Source of the DNA: a virus
Lineage: Duplodnaviria; Caudoviricetes
DNA: 64,000 nucleotides
Reading direction: 5' to 3' (one strand)
Virus record (IMG/VR): IMGVR_UViG_3300032332_001787
Location: 166,098 to 230,097 of that record
Part shown: positions 30,328 through 38,123 of the stretch, one piece after another
Position numbering within the stretch: position 1 is the first letter of the stretch
Layout of the letters: every line of letters starts with the position of its first letter
The notes under the pieces: generated by a model
Told to the model about the DNA's origin: nothing
Database searches by the model: none
Seen by the model: the letters and a program-made list of their open reading frames with translations, nothing else
Position numbers and translations under genes: made by a program

Positions 30328-31227
30328 TTAACTAACTGAAGATTCAGCTGTATTGTCCTTGGTTTCTGGTTCCGTAACAGTTTTAGGTTCTGTGGTAGTA
30401 TCATTTAGTTTAGTTTCTTCTGGTTTAGCTTCTTCTAAAACTACTGGTTTTCCTTCTTCGTCCAAAAATGGTTCAGCATCTACAATATAGTCACCCTCTT
30501 GATCTACTAAGTTACCATTCTTATCAACAAAATGACCTTCTTCATTAATGAATCTTCCATTCTCATCAATTAGTCTATTCTCAGAATCTACTAATCTACC
30601 TCGTTTATCAATTAGTCGTAGTTTTTCATCTACAAATTTATATTTCTGCAAGAATTTGTTTTCAGGCAAACCCCTCTCAAAATTATTATCCAATCCGTAA
30701 ATCATACTGGCTAATTTTTGAGCACCTAATAGAGCCACTGGGTCGTCAGCTCTATTTAGATATTCTTCCAAGTTTTTAAAATACGGTTCATTACTATCTT
30801 TATACACCACACAAGCTGATACCAAATAATTAAATCTAGCATTATCAGCTTGACCTTCAGCACTATGATTATCTAGTGAGGTACGAACACTAATTAGGTC
30901 GCGTATTTCTGATCTTACTTCCTTCATTTGTAAAGCAAGATCTTTAGCGTCTTTTAGACCGAATCCACCCTTTGCTAACCTTTTTTCACCATCCAACAAC
31001 TCTTGTTGCAAGGATGTGAACTTGGCCTGTTTTTCTTTATTCCACAGTCCTTGTTCTTCTAAAAGATCATCCATTTTTGCCCTAACAATACTCTTGCTTT
31101 TAATAGCGTCGGTAAAAGCTTGATTATAAGCTTTCTGAGCCTCTCTTTGGTCATTAAGAGACGGTGAACGTACTAGAAAATTCTTTTCGGTTCCATTAAC
31201 TACTGCACTAAAAGTTTCGGTCTTCAT
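30328..31227 (-). CDS. Putative tail assembly chaperone (299 aa) with C-terminal 7-aa repeats and acidic tail
   Basis: Lies between tube and TMP; helical and acidic; begins with a TAC-like 'KNFLVRSPSL' segment. Confidence 0.6.
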   Translation of the reverse strand: MKTETFSAVVNGTEKNFLVRSPSLNDQREAQKAYNQAFTDAIKSKSIVRAKMDDLLEEQGLWNKEKQAKFTSLQQELLDGEKRLAKGGFGLKDAKDLALQMKEVRSEIRDLISVRTSLDNHSAEGQADNARFNYLVSACVVYKDSNEPYFKNLEEYLNRADDPVALLGAQKLASMIYGLDNNFERGLPENKFLQKYKFVDEKLRLIDKRGRLVDSENRLIDENGRFINEEGHFVDKNGNLVDQEGDYIVDAEPFLDEEGKPVVLEEAKPEETKLNDTTTEPKTVTEPETKDNTAESSVS

Positions 31228-31229
31228 AA

Positions 31230-31535
31230 TTAATTGTCCTTCCTGTTTTGGTTATTATTAACCTTAAATGAATAATTATATTGATTTTTAAATACTCCAC
31301 CATACTTATGAAAATCTTCTTTAAGATTTCTCATTTGCTGATTACCATGATTAAGAATTTGATTTCTTGTAAATTCCCAAATATCAGCAAAATATTCTTC
31401 TTTTTCTGTAAGGTCTCCATCTTTATTGTGGCCCCATAGATATCCTAAATTTTCTTCTATGCGAGCTAGTGTTCCTATCATGGTGGTCTCTATTCTTCGT
31501 TCCATATAAAATCGTAATCTTTCTGGATCATACAT
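31230..31535 (-). CDS. Hypothetical protein (101 aa) in the tail chaperone cluster
   Basis: AAGGA SD upstream; tightly packed between its neighbours. Confidence 0.6.
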   Translation of the reverse strand: MYDPERLRFYMERRIETTMIGTLARIEENLGYLWGHNKDGDLTEKEEYFADIWEFTRNQILNHGNQQMRNLKEDFHKYGGVFKNQYNYSFKVNNNQNRKDN

Positions 31536-31545
31536 AATTTATCCT

Positions 31546-32574
31546 TTATCCTTTTAATTGTTGAATAATCTTTGCTTTAACATCGGGAAGCTGTCCATCA
31601 CTAACTGGTTTATCGCTAGATAATACAAAATCCACTTTTTGTTTTATTGACGATAATGATTTTTCTGAATTTAATCCCAAAACGTCATCCGCCTGTTCCT
31701 TGCTTCCTGCCATTAAAAATACCTCTGAGGCATTTTTCATCTTTCCCGTCAACATACTATCTACACCCTTTTCTTGTTTTTGTTTTTGATTTTCTTGTTT
31801 TTGATATAACATCCAACCATCAAGAGCATCATCATCTGCTATTATATCATCTTTTGGACAATCAGGATGTTCATATATTTTATCATACATACAAGATATG
31901 TTTATCAAACTTTTTTGTTCTTCTGACCATTCTTTAACTGGTTCATCTAAAATATTGCTTTTATTATTACTCCAATAATTTCTCCAATAATCACTTCTTG
32001 CTATTTTTTTATATGTGGTAATATCTATTATATTTTTAGATATATGAGATACTATATCATTAAATAAATTATAAAGAATGGGTTCTTTTTTAAATACTAG
32101 TTCATTACTATCATGAAAATATAAAGTATTAGATATGATATATTCGTTTCTGATATTATCACAATAATGTTCCAAAGTTAAGTAATCTAAACTATGTTTT
32201 TTATTGTATGTTTCTTGAACATCCTGTTTTAAATTTTTAATTTGAGACTGTATTTTTTTACGTTTAACATTATCAAAATATTGTTGAAATAATGAAATTT
32301 TAGTTTTGTCTAATAATTTTTCTACTCTAGATAAATCTGATTTATAATTATAGTGTAATATATTTAATTCAAATAAAAAGTGTTCAATATCTTCTAAAAA
32401 CCAAAAGTTATTATATAAATTATCTTCATATGTTGTGATATACAACAAATCCGCTCTCATTTTTAGAGCTAAAGAAGGTTTCCTAAGTTCATAAAAATTA
32501 TCTTGATAACTAAATATATAATTACCAGATAATATCCTATGAACTAGTATTTCATTATTTCTGGAATCATTCAC
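31546..32574 (-). CDS. Putative tail assembly chaperone paralog (342 aa, GTG start)
   Basis: Aligns by eye with the 299-aa protein (ELRKPSL vs LVRSPSL; SLDYLTLEHYCDNIRNEYIISNTLYFHDSNELVFK vs SLDNHSAEGQADNARFNYLVSACVVYKDSNEPYFK), with an extra C-terminal region. Confidence 0.55.
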   Translation of the reverse strand: MNDSRNNEILVHRILSGNYIFSYQDNFYELRKPSLALKMRADLLYITTYEDNLYNNFWFLEDIEHFLFELNILHYNYKSDLSRVEKLLDKTKISLFQQYFDNVKRKKIQSQIKNLKQDVQETYNKKHSLDYLTLEHYCDNIRNEYIISNTLYFHDSNELVFKKEPILYNLFNDIVSHISKNIIDITTYKKIARSDYWRNYWSNNKSNILDEPVKEWSEEQKSLINISCMYDKIYEHPDCPKDDIIADDDALDGWMLYQKQENQKQKQEKGVDSMLTGKMKNASEVFLMAGSKEQADDVLGLNSEKSLSSIKQKVDFVLSSDKPVSDGQLPDVKAKIIQQLKG

Positions 32575-32723
32575 ATTATATTATCTTTAGAAATAATAGA
32601 AGCCTGCAAGCTAGAAATGTCGCTTTCACGATCTTCTAGTTTTTTTTGCAGGCTTTCTATAATTTTCTGACTCTGTAAAAGATCCAGATACATTTTGCCA
32701 ATAACGGCAAATATATCTTCCAT
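32571..32723 (-). CDS. Unannotated 50-aa coiled-coil-like protein
   Basis: MEDIFAVIGKMYLDLLQSQKIIESLQKKLEDRESDISSLQASIISKDNIM. AAGGA SD upstream; its TGA overlaps the next gene's GTG (GTGA coupling). Shorter than any ORF listed in the track. Confidence 0.7.
   Translation of the reverse strand: MEDIFAVIGKMYLDLLQSQKIIESLQKKLEDRESDISSLQASIISKDNIM
32596..32660. other. Long imperfect RNA hairpin with GAAA tetraloop inside the 50-aa ORF
   Basis: Minus strand ATAGAAAGCCTGCAA...CTAGAA..CGT-GAAA-GCG..TTCTAG.TTGCAGGCTTCTAT. On the plus strand the inner stem is followed by T8. Confidence 0.5.
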
Positions 32724-32743
32724 AAAAATTTCCTTTTGTTCTA

Positions 32744-33778
32744 TCAGGTGTCGATAGCAACTCCTGTTGGACCAGTATATGTAAACTCACTATAGGTTTT
32801 ATAACTATATGTGATTGTAGCATTACCACCACCAGTATCACCACCAGTATAATTTACTGTTGTGAGCTTGTTCTTCTTGCCAAGATCGATTACTGTGCCA
32901 TCGCAAAGTCTGACTATAATTTCCTTATTAGCAAGAGCTTTGGGATTACTGCAGTCTCCAGCTCCCTGACTAACTCCAACAGCGTCACCATGTTGTGTGG
33001 CAACTACTTCAATTTCTGTTGAAACTTCAACTGGGAACTTGATATAACGATAGTATGGAGTTCTTTGGCCTAGGGTACGAATTTGTTCGCGACCAAGATT
33101 CATACTAACCTTAACACTATTGATCTTAACACCTTCGGCAATACCACCAGAACGAGATGTTAAGTGACCGTCTGGTTCACTTGCGCCACCGGTTGGTAGT
33201 ACTGAATTATTGCTCCATAAGCCACGACGAAGAATACCACGGTTTGGTGAGGTATCTGTAACATTTACTGTATTAAGAGGAGCGAGGGTTCCGGCGGTTG
33301 TGCTCCAAGTTTTATCATTACTCACTAATGTTACTTCTTCTGTGAAGTTGCCTTCTGTTGGGAAAGTATAACTAACAGATGATAAATATGCTGGGCTGCA
33401 CTCAACACTAGCTGTTGGAGTTCCAGTAGCAGCACTATCAGTATCAGGATAAAGCTTTAGTACAAAACCACACTTTGTATTAGCTAATGAACTTAACGAT
33501 GAAGAAACACCGTCCTGTGTATTCATGGTTAAACTATATAGAGTTGGAGTTCCATCGAGAACTTTATTTAAAGTTACTTCAACTTCTGGAATTTCTTCAT
33601 AGTTATCATATAGCTGGATTTGTCCGAGTTGATAAACTGGCTCTAGATTAAAGTTGGTATTCATACCTACACTTTGCAAACCTTGTACAGTATGTAAATC
33701 TGAGCTATAAGCTCCAGCGAGGTCGGTTGGGCGTTTGATACCTACAGCTTGAACAGCATAATAAATACGATTTGACAT
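32744..33778 (-). CDS. Major tail (tube) protein (344 aa)
   Basis: Two tube-fold-like half repeats (QSVGMNTNFNLEPVYQLG...EVEVTL; SVKVSMNLGREQIRTLG...VEVSTEI). GGAG SD. Sits between terminator and chaperones. Confidence 0.75.
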   Translation of the reverse strand: MSNRIYYAVQAVGIKRPTDLAGAYSSDLHTVQGLQSVGMNTNFNLEPVYQLGQIQLYDNYEEIPEVEVTLNKVLDGTPTLYSLTMNTQDGVSSSLSSLANTKCGFVLKLYPDTDSAATGTPTASVECSPAYLSSVSYTFPTEGNFTEEVTLVSNDKTWSTTAGTLAPLNTVNVTDTSPNRGILRRGLWSNNSVLPTGGASEPDGHLTSRSGGIAEGVKINSVKVSMNLGREQIRTLGQRTPYYRYIKFPVEVSTEIEVVATQHGDAVGVSQGAGDCSNPKALANKEIIVRLCDGTVIDLGKKNKLTTVNYTGGDTGGGNATITYSYKTYSEFTYTGPTGVAIDT

Positions 33779-33800
33779 GTTTGGATCTCCAGTTAATTGG

Positions 33801-35234
33801 CTAAATGATAACTTCTGTCGTCAACCTTATTGTACACCAATATAAACTTTTATTTTGACTTTCCATTTCTGAAATTGATATTTCTTTAAAATAGCATTTG
33901 TGCCATCTATAAGAAGGATTTGTTACCAAGTCATGATAGTTTTTACCATCATTATTTAAGCTGCCTCTATAATCTAGCGGATTAACTCCACTATTGACAA
34001 CTTTATTAATATCGTATAACCAAATGGTTTTTTGCTTTTGTAATCTTATTATATCAGTAAGATGGTTTTTGTCATGCGAATTTTCTGCAAAAACATGCAA
34101 TAAAATATCCTGACTAACAGCAAAGTCAAAAGCTCCTAATTGCCATGGTTGAGAAAAACTCCGAGCAACAGGCTCTATAATAATACATGGCATTTGAATT
34201 CGATGGTTAGATGATAAATTATAAGAACCTTTATCTCTTTGTTCCAAAGCTGGTGAGGGCTCATAGGTTAATCCCTGCAATTCGACCCAATATGGATCAG
34301 AACTACTTTTATAGGTTTGGCACCATCTATAAGAATGTTGTAATTTAACAGATGTTGTAGGGATTAGGGGCTTATTAAAAACTACCTGACCAAGAGGATA
34401 ATTAATATAAAACCCTATTGATCCGCTTCCTGTGGGGGCTGGATAAGAAACATTATTAATGTTTATGTTAGTGATCTTATTCGGTTGCGAACCATTATAA
34501 TCTACTCCGGTTTCCCAAACCCAGTCTTTTTTAGCGCTTTGCCATAGTTGACCCTTACCATATCCTGGCTGGTCAGATGGTTTTAGTTCATGAAAAGAAC
34601 CACCATATAAGCCACTAGTGGGAATATTAACATTGACAAATCCACCAATATTTAATAGTCCCCAATCTAAAAACGTTTTAAGGTTTTCTTCTAGTTGATT
34701 TAATAAAGAATGTTGACCTATGTTTTCCACATTATTAAATCTAGTATAATTTGTAGACTGAGGGCAGCAGTTTGCGACATGGTTTTCACAATTACTCAGA
34801 TCATTTCCACAATTTTTATATCGTATAGCAATATCAAAACATCCAATATTATCCGAATAACCTAAAGATGAATTCAAATCTGAAATTCCCAAATATAATA
34901 ATCCAGATGAACTCGGAATATTGTTATAGTGATTTCCTATAAAAAATGGAGATCCGCTTATTCCTATTTTACCTAATAGCGCTCCACCATTAAATCCTGT
35001 TTCAGGATCTACTGGGGATATGGTAGACAAATATCCATTTGGGCCTGTTGTTCCTTTTGATCCGTTTCCATAAAGATCTATAAAACCGGATGCTGATATT
35101 TCTAAATTTTCTCCATTAGTATTATCTATATATATATTTGTATTTAATGGAGGCAAACCTCCTACTCCGCCATATCCTCCATTATTTCTCCAATTGGTTG
35201 CTGCATTTATCTTGTAATAATTTGTGCAATTCAT
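33801..35234 (-). CDS. Tail terminator/completion protein with N-terminal LecA/PA-IL-like lectin domain (477 aa)
   Basis: N-terminal ~140 aa: W..T.IYI..GENLEISASG...GALLGKIG.SGSPFFIG...GLLYLGISD...YSDNIG.F. C-terminal MPCIIIE...QDILLHVFAE resembles terminator proteins; gene lies immediately before the tube. Confidence 0.55.
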   Translation of the reverse strand: MNCTNYYKINAATNWRNNGGYGGVGGLPPLNTNIYIDNTNGENLEISASGFIDLYGNGSKGTTGPNGYLSTISPVDPETGFNGGALLGKIGISGSPFFIGNHYNNIPSSSGLLYLGISDLNSSLGYSDNIGCFDIAIRYKNCGNDLSNCENHVANCCPQSTNYTRFNNVENIGQHSLLNQLEENLKTFLDWGLLNIGGFVNVNIPTSGLYGGSFHELKPSDQPGYGKGQLWQSAKKDWVWETGVDYNGSQPNKITNININNVSYPAPTGSGSIGFYINYPLGQVVFNKPLIPTTSVKLQHSYRWCQTYKSSSDPYWVELQGLTYEPSPALEQRDKGSYNLSSNHRIQMPCIIIEPVARSFSQPWQLGAFDFAVSQDILLHVFAENSHDKNHLTDIIRLQKQKTIWLYDINKVVNSGVNPLDYRGSLNNDGKNYHDLVTNPSYRWHKCYFKEISISEMESQNKSLYWCTIRLTTEVII

Positions 35235-35875
35235 ATGTTTTTCTCAACTTCTTGTTGGATCAGATTGGGTATAGAACTATCTAATTTATCTAATGCTCGA
35301 ACAACCCAGTTATTGTTGGATGTTCCGTTAAATTCCGGAGGAACTCTCCAATTTTGTTTGGATGGTTTCATGATAGCTAATCCTGTTCTCGAATAAGGAC
35401 TAGGACCAACTTGAACTTCATAATTTCTAATAATAATTTTATTACCATTCAGTAATAACCACTCTAACCATGGTAATACTGTGCCTTTACTTTCGTCTAC
35501 AACCTGAGCTGCTGCGCTACTAAGAACGTCACTATAATCATCCTGAATCATATTAATAGTAAATCCACCCTTTAAATTATATCCAACAAGAGTGACCGGA
35601 ATAACTTCAACAATCACATGATCTGTCCATATTTTAACAATCTGATTAACTTTTTGAGCAGATTCTGGGATACCAAATTCATACTGTAATTTTCCAGATA
35701 ATAATGATTGATATTCTGGCTCGGTAGTTATAGCATTGTATAATGCTCGTGATATAGATTCTTTTAATGGATTAATTGATCTACGAAAAGCTTCTGATAT
35801 AGTATCTTTGATACTTGCTAGAATTTTATTTTTAATATCTGCTTCTGAGTCTAATAGTTTTAAATCTATTTTCAT
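35231..35875 (-). CDS. Putative neck / tail completion protein (HK97 gp10-like position, 214 aa)
   Basis: Between head closure and terminator. PWLEWLLLNG...WRVPPEF pattern; ATGA overlap with the next gene. Confidence 0.5.
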   Translation of the reverse strand: MKIDLKLLDSEADIKNKILASIKDTISEAFRRSINPLKESISRALYNAITTEPEYQSLLSGKLQYEFGIPESAQKVNQIVKIWTDHVIVEVIPVTLVGYNLKGGFTINMIQDDYSDVLSSAAAQVVDESKGTVLPWLEWLLLNGNKIIIRNYEVQVGPSPYSRTGLAIMKPSKQNWRVPPEFNGTSNNNWVVRALDKLDSSIPNLIQQEVEKNI

Positions 35876-35877
35876 AG

Positions 35878-36405
35878 CTAAGCCCTAGACCACATGGTAA
35901 TAATGTATCTGTTATCTCCCAATCCACAAGGTTGAGGATCTCCAGCAGTAGCATAAGTATATCCACCATAATTAGCAATATTTTTATCTATGGTGATATA
36001 TTGTGCATTTTTAAGTTTGGGTAATAATGATATATTGCAGATGGTCTGGATCATGCCCCCAGCTATGTTCACAGAATCGTGGGACCAGTTGAACCAATAT
36101 TTGCTATCAAATAACACAGCCAGATATACTATTTCTGTTTTAGCACTATCAATAAAACCAAAACCATTACATACTGGACAAATACTATTATTTAAGAATG
36201 GGTTAGGGCCTGTACCATTGTACTTATTTAAAGATCTTTGTGACATAGGATCATAAATACAATTGGAGCACAATTGATTATTTGATGAAGCATATGTTAT
36301 TTCGCATGGTACAGATAAAGCGTTGTTTGCTAATAAAGCGTCTATGGCTTGATTGAAGGTGTTCTTAAACTGTGAAGAAATTAAACCCTCAAATATATTG
36401 GTCAT
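35878..36405 (-). CDS. Putative head closure (stopper) protein with CxxC...CxxCxGxG zinc finger (175 aa)
   Basis: Size and position; CSNC and CPVCNGFG; C-terminal beta-strands ending YIITMWSR. Confidence 0.55.
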   Translation of the reverse strand: MTNIFEGLISSQFKNTFNQAIDALLANNALSVPCEITYASSNNQLCSNCIYDPMSQRSLNKYNGTGPNPFLNNSICPVCNGFGFIDSAKTEIVYLAVLFDSKYWFNWSHDSVNIAGGMIQTICNISLLPKLKNAQYITIDKNIANYGGYTYATAGDPQPCGLGDNRYIITMWSRA

Positions 36406-36432
36406 TTTGAGTTCCTTTTTTGGTGAATTACA

Positions 36433-36445
36433 ATTAATTACACCT
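36433..36445 (-). promoter_or_regulatory. Candidate phage late-promoter motif AGGTGTA+AT-rich
   Basis: AGGTGTAATTAAT about 30 nt upstream of the head closure gene. The same AGGTGTA occurs upstream of the head-tail adaptor. Confidence 0.35.
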
Positions 36446-36495
36446 TATTAGATAATACCAAATATAAGAGAGGGTTTTAATTGGCCAATCAAAAG

Positions 36496-36687
36496 CTATT
36501 CGCTAGCTGGTTGATCGGCGCCCTCTGGAGCTGGAGGAGCCAGAGTTTCTGCTATCTTTTGTAGCTTCTCAAAAAGAGAACCAATTGGTGTCATATCTAC
36601 TGCCTTAAACACGCCTCTTTGAGATGCTGCATCAATAACAGCTTGTAGATTCAGGATGTCTCCGAGAGTCAAGTCGGTAAGTTGCAT
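36496..36687 (-). CDS. Small acidic hypothetical protein (63 aa)
   Basis: AGGAG SD, its own promoter upstream, helical LTLGDILNLQAVIDAASQRGVFKA segment. Confidence 0.7.
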   Translation of the reverse strand: MQLTDLTLGDILNLQAVIDAASQRGVFKAVDMTPIGSLFEKLQKIAETLAPPAPEGADQPASE

Positions 36688-36733
36688 ATTTTCATACTCC
36701 TATAAATTGATAAAACAAGTCCTAGCTATTAGT

Positions 36734-36762
36734 ATAGTAGTTTTCTGTGAAATAATTGTCAA
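36734..36762 (-). promoter_or_regulatory. sigma70-type promoter
   Basis: TTGACA (36762-36757), 17-bp spacer, TACTAT (36739-36734), upstream of the 63-aa gene. Confidence 0.65.
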
Positions 36763-36795
36763 GTGACTGGTATTTTGTAACTATTAATGATTATT

Positions 36796-37746
36796 TTAAT
36801 TAAAACTTACTGTTCCTATTCCTGCTGTAATAATACAAACAGTATCTTCTCCAACAGAAGTTGTTGTTGCTGTTAATCCAGGACTTAGGGTAATTGTAAA
36901 AATTTTTGAATACCGTAGGACAACAATACCAGATCCTCCATTACCACCAGCAGTACCAGCTGGGATAGTATTTACTCCTCCTCCTCCACCTCCACCTCCA
37001 GTGTTTGGAGCACCGGCAGTTCCAGCATTACCTGTTGAACTCGACCCACCTCCTCCACTAGTAGCGACACCAGCGCCGCCAGTAAATCCTCGTTTATCAA
37101 TACCTCCAGCTCCGCCACCGGCGCGACCTATACTTGAGCCAGTTATTGAACTGTATACTCCAGCTCCGCCATTAGCTGTTTTGCCAGCTATAGCTGTATC
37201 GCCAGCACCACCCGCTCCACCGCCACCACCCGCCGCTCCAGAATTATTTCCAGCCTTACCAGTACCACCACCATAACCCTGACCAGAAGTTCCGCTAGCT
37301 CCAATACTACTACTATTATCTCCACCAGAACCACCGCCGCCGCTTCCGCCAGAGCCTGGAAGTAATGTAGCTCCTGCTCCATAACCTCCTCCTAATGCAG
37401 TAATCGTTGCAAATACTGAATCACTACCCGCTGTAGCATTTGCTATGCTAACAGCAGAACCACCAGAACCAATTGTAACTGAGTAATTTGTTCCAGTGTT
37501 TAATGTAAAATTACTTTCCGCGATAGCTCCACCTCCACTATTTTCCCCAGAAAAACTGCATCTATACCCACCAGCACCTCCGCCAGAGCCACGATTACCA
37601 CCGCCTCCACCTCCACCGGCTATCACTAAATAAGCAATGGAAAAAGTTGATATTGCTCGTGATGGAACATTCACTAAACCAGCACCCTGTCCGTGCCATG
37701 AGCTTACTTGACTAGATGATAACATACGACGTAATAGATTAGACAT
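36796..37746 (-). CDS. Glycine-rich virion protein / fibre-tip adhesin-like (316 aa)
   Basis: YLVIAGGGGGGG...GGGAGG...GGNGGSGIVVLRY pattern of phage glycine-rich domains. Confidence 0.7.
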   Translation of the reverse strand: MSNLLRRMLSSSQVSSWHGQGAGLVNVPSRAISTFSIAYLVIAGGGGGGGNRGSGGGAGGYRCSFSGENSGGGAIAESNFTLNTGTNYSVTIGSGGSAVSIANATAGSDSVFATITALGGGYGAGATLLPGSGGSGGGGSGGDNSSSIGASGTSGQGYGGGTGKAGNNSGAAGGGGGAGGAGDTAIAGKTANGGAGVYSSITGSSIGRAGGGAGGIDKRGFTGGAGVATSGGGGSSSTGNAGTAGAPNTGGGGGGGGVNTIPAGTAGGNGGSGIVVLRYSKIFTITLSPGLTATTTSVGEDTVCIITAGIGTVSFN

Positions 37747-38114
37747 TAAGAAATCCTATTTACATAACCTGAAATAGTAATAGCATTAATAGAACTTGCA
37801 TAAGCCGCTATAACATTACCGGCACTACCTGTACCAGTAAGAATTAATCCAGGAATAACAAGTGTTAAACCTGAATTTGGTGGTATTGTGAGCTTTATCT
37901 CATTATCAACAACTGTAGTGCCTCCCCATTGTATGGTTAATACAACGTTTGATGCTGAAGAGTTGGTGGCATATAACCAGACCTCGTCTATTGCTGTCGA
38001 TGATATTCCTGTGGTATGAATAGTAGTACCAACAGAACCAGAAGTATTTGCAGAAATTTTTATTGCTTTGCCTTGCGAACCACCAGATAATAAAACTTTA
38101 GAAAATGTAGCCAT
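37746..38114 (-). CDS. Small beta-rich virion protein (122 aa)
   Basis: GGAG SD, 1-nt stop/start overlap with the next gene, beta-sandwich composition (DEVWLYATN...LTIPPNSGLTL). Confidence 0.6.
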   Translation of the reverse strand: MATFSKVLLSGGSQGKAIKISANTSGSVGTTIHTTGISSTAIDEVWLYATNSSASNVVLTIQWGGTTVVDNEIKLTIPPNSGLTLVIPGLILTGTGSAGNVIAAYASSINAITISGYVNRIS

Positions 38115-38123
38115 ATAATACTC

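Noticed and set aside
32640-32648. A8 slippery site (CAA AAA AAA C) followed by a hairpin, upstream of the chaperone: candidate G/GT -1 frameshift
   Set aside because: The -1 frame is that of the 342-aa gene, but it hits TGA after four codons and then TAG; the +1 frame stops at once. No fusion product is possible.
32626-32844. 72-aa track ORF spanning the tube gene end
   Set aside because: It overlaps the tube gene. The 50-aa ORF at 32571-32723 has an SD and translational coupling and explains the gap better.
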